Assembly (NCBI GenBank): GCA_039679545.1
Contig: JBDKUT010000002.1
Location: 1-37,358, forward strand
Origin: Thermotogota bacterium
GTDB lineage: Bacteria > Bipolaricaulota > Bipolaricaulia > UBA7950 > UBA9294
DNA length: 37,358 nt
Direction of reading: 5' to 3'
A model generated the notes under the pieces. The model did no database searches. It was not told the origin of the DNA and worked only from the letters and a program-made list of their open reading frames with translations. This document shows, one piece after another, positions 1 to 6,897 of this stretch (its first letter is position 1; each line of letters begins with the position of its first letter). The position numbers and the translations under genes are program-made.

Positions 1-684
1 TCGAAACGACGAGCCGCACGGCACCGCGCCGAGTGAGTCGAGCGCGATCCGGCTCGCTCGACGGACGATCGGGTCCACGTCGATCTCGCCGACGTTGCGC
101 GTCGCGCCGTCCTGGTAGTCCATGTTCGAGACCCGGTCTCCGTCCTTGGCCGTCGCGACGACAGAGTAGAGGAAGAGGCTCGTCCGCTCGCTGGCGCAGA
201 CGCGGCGGGTGTTGACCACAGCGCGCTCGCTCCGCTTGGCCGTGAATCCGGCGTGCCCGATCACGACCCGACGGTCGATCGACTCAGCGATTCGCAGGAT
301 TCCGATCGCCTGCTCCACCGCCCGATCGGTCGTGTACTGCTCCGCCGCGGGGTCGTACAACCCCGCGACCGGCACGATCGTCTGCGCCTCAGGGAGGACA
401 TTCCCGGGGTCGCCTGGGGACGCCTGGGCGAGCGTAACCGCTTCCCGACAGGCGCGCTCCAGGTCGGCGGCATCGTTCGTGCTGGCGAACCCGACCTGGT
501 TTCCAACGAACGCTCGGATCCCAAAGGCCGTCTCCTGTTGGGTCTTCGTCATCAGGAGGTCGTGCTTCTCAATCGTGGCCGACGTCGTTTCGCCCGACTG
601 GCCGTAGACCTCGACGTCGGTGGCCCCGAAGCGACGGGCCGCTGCAATCCCGCCCTGACACAGCTCGAGCATCTGCTGGCTCAT
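1..684 (-). CDS. pmbA: PmbA/TldE family protein (truncated by the window edge)
   Basis: Manual translation from the ATG at 684, which overlaps the tldD stop (ATGA): MSQQMLELCQGGIAAARRFGATDVEVYGQSGETTSATIEKHDLLMTKTQQETAFGIRAFVGNQVGFASTND. This is a typical PmbA_TldD N-terminus, and the gene lies directly downstream of tldD. Confidence 0.85.
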   Translation of the reverse strand, partial: MSQQMLELCQGGIAAARRFGATDVEVYGQSGETTSATIEKHDLLMTKTQQETAFGIRAFVGNQVGFASTNDAADLERACREAVTLAQASPGDPGNVLPEAQTIVPVAGLYDPAAEQYTTDRAVEQAIGILRIAESIDRRVVIGHAGFTAKRSERAVVNTRRVCASERTSLFLYSVVATAKDGDRVSNMDYQDGATRNVGEIDVDPIVRRASRIALDSLGAVPCGSSFR

Positions 685-2075
685 TCCTGCCGCCCTCCGA
701 TCGTCAGCGTGCACCGGAGGTGAGGTCCCCCGGAATCCACCTTGGCGGGTTGCCCTTTGCCGCAGGCCCCGGCCCCCTTTTCCCACGCGAAGTCGTTGGC
801 GACGGCGTCGACAGACTGAAGGACGGCGAACGCGTTCCCCGAGATCGTCACTCCGCGTACCAGTTCGCCCACCTTGCCGTCCACGATCCGGCGGGCCTCG
901 CGGACGCCGAACATGAACTCGGCGTTCGAGTCGGCCTGTCCGCTCATCGCGAACCCCTTCAGGTAGTAGCCGCGCCGAATCCCGGCGAACAGCCTGTCCA
1001 CCTCATCCTCGCCCGGTTCGATGTACGTGTTGCGCATGCGGATGATCGGCTCGTCGCTGTAGACGAAGGCCCGCGCATTTCCGGTCGGGGCGACTCCGTA
1101 GTGCGCCGCGGTCTCGCGGTTGTGGAGGTAGGAACGCAAGACGCCGCGCTCGATGATCACTGTGCGTCCAGCCACGACCCCTTCGTCGTCGACGGGTAGG
1201 GTACCGACTGCGTGAGGGTCGTACGGGGAGAGCCCACTGTCGCACATCGTGACCAGTTCCGAGGCAACGCGCTGACCGATCTTATCTGCGGTGACGGCGC
1301 CGCCCAGAACGATGTCCGCCTCGACCGTGTGTCCGATGGCTTCGTGGCAGAGGAGGCCGACGAGCTCGGGGTCCAGCACGACGGGGACCGTGCCGCCCTC
1401 GGGATGGGGCGCCGAAAGCGGGTCCACGGCCAAACGAACGGCGTGGTCGACGAGCTGGTCCGTTGTTCGAGCGGCGAAGAGGTCGGACCAGCCGCCCGTG
1501 ATCCCGACGGTGTCGTAGCCCAACGACTGGTCTCCTGATTCGCGCGCGACGGCGAGGACCCGAAGGCTCGGCTTCGAGTCGAAGATGCGGGCCGACGCTC
1601 CGTCGCTCGTGACGAGGATCTTCTCGTCCTGGATTTCGTCATAGCTTGCGGCGGCAGAGACGATCTTCGGCGAGGCCCCTCGCGCCCGCTCTTCGGTTGC
1701 GAGCACCATAGCGAGCTTCTCCTCGAGAGGGTGCGTGTCCAAGGGATCGCAGGCGTCGACCGGGAACACGCCCCGAGCCAGGGGGGCGCTAGCCAGTCTG
1801 TCTACCCGATCCCGTTTCGCGGCGGCCGACGTCCGTGCCGCGCGGCGAGCGGCGTCGACGGCGGCGCGAAGCCCCTTCTCGGTGAGGTCCGTCGTGCTGG
1901 CGAACCCGAAGACGCCGAGCGCGAGGACGCGCGCCCCGACGCCCGAGAGACGCACGCTCGTCGAGGCTTCGAGAAGGCCGTTGCGAACCGTGAGGGTCCT
2001 CGTCTGACGCACCTGGAAGCGAAGCTCCGTCCAATCCTCCGCCTCGGCGGCGATCCGTTCAAGCAGCTGCTGCAT
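681..2075 (-). CDS. tldD: TldD family metalloprotease
   Basis: HEAIGH metal motif, DDEG, GNAR, RMRNT and C-terminal CGKGQ...GGPH motifs. Start placed at MQQLL (2075) after an AAGGAG SD. Confidence 0.92.
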   Translation of the reverse strand: MQQLLERIAAEAEDWTELRFQVRQTRTLTVRNGLLEASTSVRLSGVGARVLALGVFGFASTTDLTEKGLRAAVDAARRAARTSAAAKRDRVDRLASAPLARGVFPVDACDPLDTHPLEEKLAMVLATEERARGASPKIVSAAASYDEIQDEKILVTSDGASARIFDSKPSLRVLAVARESGDQSLGYDTVGITGGWSDLFAARTTDQLVDHAVRLAVDPLSAPHPEGGTVPVVLDPELVGLLCHEAIGHTVEADIVLGGAVTADKIGQRVASELVTMCDSGLSPYDPHAVGTLPVDDEGVVAGRTVIIERGVLRSYLHNRETAAHYGVAPTGNARAFVYSDEPIIRMRNTYIEPGEDEVDRLFAGIRRGYYLKGFAMSGQADSNAEFMFGVREARRIVDGKVGELVRGVTISGNAFAVLQSVDAVANDFAWEKGAGACGKGQPAKVDSGGPHLRCTLTIGGRQE

Positions 2076-2118
2076 AGGCTCTCCTTCCGCGGGTCCGTCT
2101 GCCGGCGAACCGTTCGGG

Positions 2119-2147
2119 AGGCTAGCCGCTCGGATGCCTCTGATCAA
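2119..2147 (-). promoter_or_regulatory. sigma70-type promoter for tldD-pmbA
   Basis: TTGATC-N17-TAGCCT on the minus strand. Confidence 0.55.
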
Positions 2148-2194
2148 GGCGGCACGAGACGGTGGGGGGGCGCGGAGACCGCCCGAGTCCGTCC

Positions 2195-2224
2195 TTGACA
2201 GAGCTTTCGCGGGGCACGTATAGT
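2195..2224 (+). promoter_or_regulatory. sigma70-type promoter for the tRNA-rnhA-dtd-rpmF unit
   Basis: TTGACA-N18-TATAGT, 12 nt upstream of the tRNA. Confidence 0.75.
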
Positions 2225-2236
2225 GCGGACGAACGA

Positions 2237-2308
2237 GGGTCCATAGCTCAGGGGCAGAGCAGCCGGCTCATAACCGGTAGGTCCCAGGTTCGAGACCTGG
2301 TGGACCCA
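2237..2308 (+). tRNA. tRNA with CAT anticodon, most likely tRNA-Ile2 (lysidine); CCA not encoded
   Basis: Cloverleaf: acceptor GGGTCCA/TGGACCC, D arm GCTC/GAGC, anticodon arm GCCGG-CTCATAA-CCGGT, T arm CCAGG-TTCGAGA-CCTGG, discriminator A. The paired G1 excludes initiator Met; the anticodon-arm context resembles Ile2. Confidence 0.93.
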
Positions 2309-2312
2309 GAAG

Positions 2313-2837
2313 ATGGACAAGCTGTTCGTATACTTGGACGGGGGCGCCCGGGGCGAGCCAGGCGAGGCGGGAATCGGGATCGCGATGACCGACGCCGACG
2401 GCGGTGTGGTCGAGGAGATCTCGCGTCTGATTGGGCGCTCGACGACGGAGGTTGCCGAGTACCGCGCGCTGATCGAGGCGTGCCGCAGCGCGCTTCCCTA
2501 CAAGCCGGAGACGGTCATCTTCTTCACCGACAACCAGCGGCTGGCGAACCACGTGAACGGGGTCTTCGAGACGCGCGAGCCGCACATCAAACACCTCGTC
2601 GAGATCGCCATCGGGCTCCTGAACCAGTTCCCCCAGTGGCGCGTCAACTACGTCGACGCCAAGGTGAACCTGCGAGCTCCGCGGCTGGTGGAGCAAGCGT
2701 TCCATCGAACGATCAAGGCGCAGATGACGCGTGAGCGGCTCGAGCTCCTTCTTCTCGCCCGGACCGCAGCCTTGAGCGAGCCCGCGCTCGAGAAGCTCGT
2801 GAACTACGCGGAGCGCCTCGAGGAAGAGGGGGCGTAG
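2313..2837 (+). CDS. rnhA: Ribonuclease HI family protein with a C-terminal helical extension
   Basis: YLDGGARGEPGEAGIG, VAEYRALI and FTDNQ motifs of the archaeal/actinobacterial-type RNase HI fold. Confidence 0.75.
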   Translation: MDKLFVYLDGGARGEPGEAGIGIAMTDADGGVVEEISRLIGRSTTEVAEYRALIEACRSALPYKPETVIFFTDNQRLANHVNGVFETREPHIKHLVEIAIGLLNQFPQWRVNYVDAKVNLRAPRLVEQAFHRTIKAQMTRERLELLLLARTAALSEPALEKLVNYAERLEEEGA

Positions 2838-2840
2838 ACC

Positions 2841-3335
2841 GTGAGGATCGTCCTCCAGAGGGTGGCGCACGCATCGGTCCAGGTAGACAGCGAAGTCGTC
2901 GGTGCGATCGGTGAGGGGTTCCTTCTTCTCGTGGGAATTGCACCCGCCGACGACCATCTCGACCTCGCCGCGATTGCACGGAAGGTTGTCGATCTGCGGG
3001 TGTTCGAGGACGAGACCGGGAAGATGAACCGTTCGGTTCGGGACGTGGAAGGCGAGATCCTCGCGGTGTCCCAGTTCACCCTCTACGGGGACGTTCGGCG
3101 CGGCCGCCGTCCGAGCTTCACCGAGGCAGCGCGCCCAGAGATGGCCGAGCCCCTCTTCAACGCGCTCGTGGCGAATCTCCGAGCGGAAGGGGTACGCGTA
3201 GAGACCGGGAGGTTCGGTGCGAAGATGGCCGTCGACCTGGTCAACGAGGGGCCCGTGACGCTCATGCTGGACATCCCGCCGCCCGAGGAAGCGGGGAAGC
3301 CTCGGGAGCTTGCGCCGTCCGTGGGCGGCGAGTAA
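2841..3335 (+). CDS. dtd: D-aminoacyl-tRNA deacylase
   Basis: MRIVLQRV, SQFTL, GRRPSF and NEGPVT motifs. Confidence 0.96.
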   Translation: MRIVLQRVAHASVQVDSEVVGAIGEGFLLLVGIAPADDHLDLAAIARKVVDLRVFEDETGKMNRSVRDVEGEILAVSQFTLYGDVRRGRRPSFTEAARPEMAEPLFNALVANLRAEGVRVETGRFGAKMAVDLVNEGPVTLMLDIPPPEEAGKPRELAPSVGGE

Positions 3336-3392
3336 ACTCCTCCCCCGTGAGCCGCATGTCGGCGGCACTCTGGCTGTCCTTGAGGAGGCAGA

Positions 3393-3587
3393 ATGGCTGT
3401 ACCGAAATACCGAACGTCGAGATCCAAAGCTCGCATGCGGCGGAACCACTGGAGGAAGATGGATCCGGTGCCGTCCACCGAGTGCCCGCATTGCCACGAG
3501 ACGAAGCTGCCTCATCGGGCCTGCCCCCATTGCGGTTTCTACAACGGAATGGAGATCGTGGCGAGGAAGGAAGAGGCGAAGGACTAG
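3393..3587 (+). CDS. rpmF: 50S ribosomal protein L32 (Zn-ribbon type)
   Basis: MAVPKYRTSRSK...CPHC...PHRACPHCGFY; GAGGAGG SD. Confidence 0.96.
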   Translation: MAVPKYRTSRSKARMRRNHWRKMDPVPSTECPHCHETKLPHRACPHCGFYNGMEIVARKEEAKD

Positions 3588-3613
3588 CAGCCGCCCCTTC
3601 AGCGTGAGAGTCG

Positions 3614-3644
3614 TGTCCGGCCTGCGGGCCGGACGTTTTTGTTT
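3614..3644 (+). terminator. Intrinsic terminator after rpmF
   Basis: GTCCGGCC-TGCG-GGCCGGAC hairpin followed by GTTTTTGTTT. Confidence 0.85.
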
Positions 3645-3711
3645 ACCCATCAGTTTTGCGCCGCGCGGAGCGTCGTGGCGGCTCTCCGAGTTCTCCTCCG
3701 GTTCTGGTTCG

Positions 3712-3740
3712 TTGACTTGGAGGCGTTTCGCGTACAGAAT
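3712..3740 (+). promoter_or_regulatory. Putative ftsZ promoter
   Basis: TTGACT-N17-CAGAAT, followed by a GGAGG SD and the ATG at 3760. Confidence 0.55.
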
Positions 3741-3759
3741 GGCCCGGAGGATCGCTGGT

Positions 3760-5109
3760 ATGGCCGACGCGAAACAAGACGGCGCGAAAGAGGGCTCTTT
3801 GCGGGGATCGTGGAAGGCGATCCGCGATGCGATCGACGATCGCATCCTGCGGGCGTGCCTTCCGCTTGACTCGAAGGCCGTCACCGAGAGGGAGGGTCGG
3901 CTCTACGTCCTGGTCGACACAGAGTTCAAGAAGGAGTACTGCCTTCGCAAGCTTGACAAGCTTCAGGAGGCCGCCGGGCGGGTGCTCGGAGTCACGGAGG
4001 TCGTCATCGGCGAGCCGCCGCTCATTGAACAAGCCCGGGAAAGCGAACCACAGGCCCGCGGAGCCAACGCGCGCATCATCGTGGTTGGGGTAGGCGACGG
4101 CGGCGTGAACGCGGTCGCCCGAATGCGCGAGGAACACCTCTTGGGCGTTCGGTTCGTTGCGATCGACACCGATCGGCAGGTTCTCCAAGCGGCGCTGGTG
4201 AAAGAACAACTCCAATTGGGGGCCGACATCACGGGCGGCCGGGGAACTGGCGGGGATCCTGACAAGGCACGACGCGCGGCGACGGAGTCGCGGTGGGAGG
4301 TGGCGAACCTTCTGCGCGGAGCCGACCTGGTTTTCATCACGGCAGGCCTCGGGGGTGGCACCGGATCGGGCGCCGCCCCGATCGTCGCGCAGGTTGCGCG
4401 CGAACAGGGAGCGCTCACGGTCGGCGTCGTGACCAAGCCGTTCACGTTTGAGGGTGCAACTCGGCGGGCGAACGCCGAATCGGGGCTGGCGGAGTTGCGC
4501 GCGTCCGCCGACGTCGTCATCGTCGTGTCGAACGACCGGCTTCTGGAGACCAGCGCGCGCGGGATGCCGATGACGAAGGCGTTCGAGCTGGCGGACGGAA
4601 TCCTTCACCAGGGGGTTCGCGGCATTTCGGACCTGATCACGGTACGAGGCCTGATCAACCTCGACTTCGCCGACATCCGCAGCCTTCTGGCCAACGCTGG
4701 CGACGCGATGATGGGAATGGGGGAGGCTTCGGGTGTGGGGCGTGCTCTTGCGGCGGCGAAGGCGGCCAGCACGAACCCGCTCCTCGAAGGAGACTCGATC
4801 CGCGGGGCTCGGAAAATGATCGTGAACGTCACGGGCGGCCCCGATCTGACGCTCGGCGAGGTGACCCTGGCCGCCGACCACGTTCGGCAGGCCACGGCGA
4901 CGGAGTGCGATCTTGTCTTCGGCGCCGTCATTCGGGACGACTTCGATCGTCTGATCCGGATCACGGTGATTGCCGCGGCCTTCCGCAAGGAAGAATCGAT
5001 TGCGCGGGAACAGAAGCGGCACGTCAAGCGCGAGCGGGTCTCGGGCAAGGCCGACCTCGATGTTCCGACGTTTCTACGGCGAGAACAGGAGACCAAGGAA
5101 GGGGAGTAG
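3760..5109 (+). CDS. ftsZ: Cell division protein FtsZ with a ~100-aa N-terminal extension
   Basis: GLGGGTGSG tubulin signature, PFTFEG, GLINLDFAD T7 loop and C-terminal DLDVPTFLRR core peptide. ATG at 3760 follows a GGAGG SD. Confidence 0.92.
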   Translation: MADAKQDGAKEGSLRGSWKAIRDAIDDRILRACLPLDSKAVTEREGRLYVLVDTEFKKEYCLRKLDKLQEAAGRVLGVTEVVIGEPPLIEQARESEPQARGANARIIVVGVGDGGVNAVARMREEHLLGVRFVAIDTDRQVLQAALVKEQLQLGADITGGRGTGGDPDKARRAATESRWEVANLLRGADLVFITAGLGGGTGSGAAPIVAQVAREQGALTVGVVTKPFTFEGATRRANAESGLAELRASADVVIVVSNDRLLETSARGMPMTKAFELADGILHQGVRGISDLITVRGLINLDFADIRSLLANAGDAMMGMGEASGVGRALAAAKAASTNPLLEGDSIRGARKMIVNVTGGPDLTLGEVTLAADHVRQATATECDLVFGAVIRDDFDRLIRITVIAAAFRKEESIAREQKRHVKRERVSGKADLDVPTFLRREQETKEGE

Positions 5110-5166
5110 TCGCGAGGGCGCGCATTCCTCGACTTGACGGCCGAAACCCACGAAGGGGGTGAGACG

Positions 5167-5835
5167 ATGGATGCCGTGCGGGTCCTGGTGTGCCATTCGC
5201 GGCCCGGTCTAGCGCTTGTCCCCGAGCTCGTGAAGGAAGGGTACGACGTCGAACAAGCCGAGTGCGGCGAGGATGTGCTCGAGCGTGTGAGCACGCGGAA
5301 GCCGGACCTCGTCCTTCTCGAGCTGTCGATTCCCGGACAGCGGCACGCAGGGTGGAAGTTGCTCGGCTCGCTCCGCGAAAGGCCTCACCCGCCGGCCATC
5401 GTCGTCCTCACGTCGCTCAGCCGTCTTGACGATCGCGTGCGTGCGCTGAACGCCGGCGCTGACGACGTCATCCTCGAGCCGTGTGACACGGTCGAGGTGA
5501 AGGCACGCGTCCGGGCCGTCTTGCGGCGGACCCATCCCAGCTTGTCCGAACTGTCGCTTCGGATCGATGACCAGCGGAAGCAGGTGTGGATCGGAGAACG
5601 CCGTGTGACGCTGTCGCCGAAGGAATACAGCCTCGTCTCCCTGCTGGCGTCGTCTCCGGGCCAGGTCTTCTCGAGCGACGACATCGTCGAAGCTCTGTGG
5701 TCAAGGCCGTCGTATGCCACGGGGCAAGATGCCCAGAAGTACGTCTACCTCTTGCGGCGGAAGATCGAGCGAGACCCGACGCGACCGGAGATCATCCTCA
5801 CCGTTCGGGGATTCGGCTATCGCCTTGCGCTCTAG
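5167..5835 (+). CDS. OmpR/PhoB-family DNA-binding response regulator with an atypical receiver domain
   Basis: REC-like N-terminus (ALNAGADD) plus winged HTH (LSPKEY, LRRKIE, ILTVRGFGY). Start placed at MDAVR. Confidence 0.88.
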   Translation: MDAVRVLVCHSRPGLALVPELVKEGYDVEQAECGEDVLERVSTRKPDLVLLELSIPGQRHAGWKLLGSLRERPHPPAIVVLTSLSRLDDRVRALNAGADDVILEPCDTVEVKARVRAVLRRTHPSLSELSLRIDDQRKQVWIGERRVTLSPKEYSLVSLLASSPGQVFSSDDIVEALWSRPSYATGQDAQKYVYLLRRKIERDPTRPEIILTVRGFGYRLAL

Positions 5836-5845
5836 CCCGAAGCGG

Positions 5846-6886
5846 CTAGATATCTCGGATGTCCAGGTAGAGCGGCGGTTTCGGAAGCGCCTCCGTCCTG
5901 ACCGGACAAACCATCGTGTGGTAGTGGAGGGCCGTGTTCGGGATCGCCCGTGGCATCCTGGCAAGTGGGTCGTCGCGATAGAGGAAGAGCGTGAGGATGT
6001 CCGTCCCGTTCGCGCGGGCGTTCCGCCGAAGTTGCAGCACAAGTTGGCTAAGCAGAGACTGGCCTTGCGCTCCGCGGACCATCGGGTCGAAAAGCTGGAG
6101 GTACGCGATCTGCTGCCCGACGACCGGGATCCGCGGAACAGGGAGAACGTTCGAGAGGGGATTAAGGACATCGCCGAGAAGTCGGATCCAGAGCGGCATG
6201 CGCAGTACGCGGCCGTAGTAGATCTTCGAGAGATCCCACGCGCTGACTTGTGCGAACGAGTCTCCTGACTCGAGGCGGTAGATCCCCTTCAAGTATCCCA
6301 ATTCGGCTCCCCGCGCGTACGCGGAGAGGAAATCGACGGGCTTGAGGGACCGCGCGCCGACGGTCCGAGCAATCTTCGTTACTTCCTCCTCGAGGTTGTC
6401 AAAGTGAGGGTCGAGGTCGACGCGTCTTCCCGGAAGCGACGTGGTGGACAAGATGTCGAACGACGCGGCGGGCTTCGCGCCCATCCGGGTCACGACGTTC
6501 ATGGAATCGTGGTTGTCGGCCTTGACGTGACCAAAGATGAACGCCGCGCCGGTCTCTCGGATCTCATCGCGAACGGCATACCAAAGTCGGAGGAGGCCCC
6601 GCTTCATGCTGCGTCGGTACGTGGCCTCGCCGCGGAGGTCGTAGAAGTATGCGACGCGGTCGGTTCCGCCGTCGAGGAGAACCTCCTTGACGGCGTATGC
6701 CATCACGCCCACGATCTTCCCGTCCTCCTCCGCGACGACAACCCGAGCCCCGTCGTACATCCGGGAACGGTAGAAGTAGTCCTGGCGGTCGAGAAGGATC
6801 GACATCCCGGTCCCTTGGGGACTCTCTGACTCGAGGTGTAGCAGCGCTTCGTTGTCGTCGTGGGTCGCGACGCGGATCCGGAACAT
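5846..6886 (-). CDS. GNAT-family N-acetyltransferase (extended, 346 aa)
   Basis: FRIRVAT..D, VVVAEEDGKIVG, YFYDLR..TYRR and VKADNHDS motifs of the GNAT fold. Confidence 0.75.
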   Translation of the reverse strand: MFRIRVATHDDNEALLHLESESPQGTGMSILLDRQDYFYRSRMYDGARVVVAEEDGKIVGVMAYAVKEVLLDGGTDRVAYFYDLRGEATYRRSMKRGLLRLWYAVRDEIRETGAAFIFGHVKADNHDSMNVVTRMGAKPAASFDILSTTSLPGRRVDLDPHFDNLEEEVTKIARTVGARSLKPVDFLSAYARGAELGYLKGIYRLESGDSFAQVSAWDLSKIYYGRVLRMPLWIRLLGDVLNPLSNVLPVPRIPVVGQQIAYLQLFDPMVRGAQGQSLLSQLVLQLRRNARANGTDILTLFLYRDDPLARMPRAIPNTALHYHTMVCPVRTEALPKPPLYLDIRDI

Positions 6887-6897
6887 ACGAGTCCTTT

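Noticed and set aside
2237..2308. tRNA as an integration site for a mobile element
   Set aside because: No integrase, no duplicated tRNA 3' end, and housekeeping genes on both sides.
3310..3759. Further 150-aa upstream extension of the ftsZ ORF
   Set aside because: It overlaps dtd, rpmF and a terminator; the SD and promoter support the start at 3760.
3590..3760. DnaA boxes or oriC near the DnaA-like ftsZ fusion
   Set aside because: I saw no TTATCCACA-type boxes or AT-rich unwinding element.
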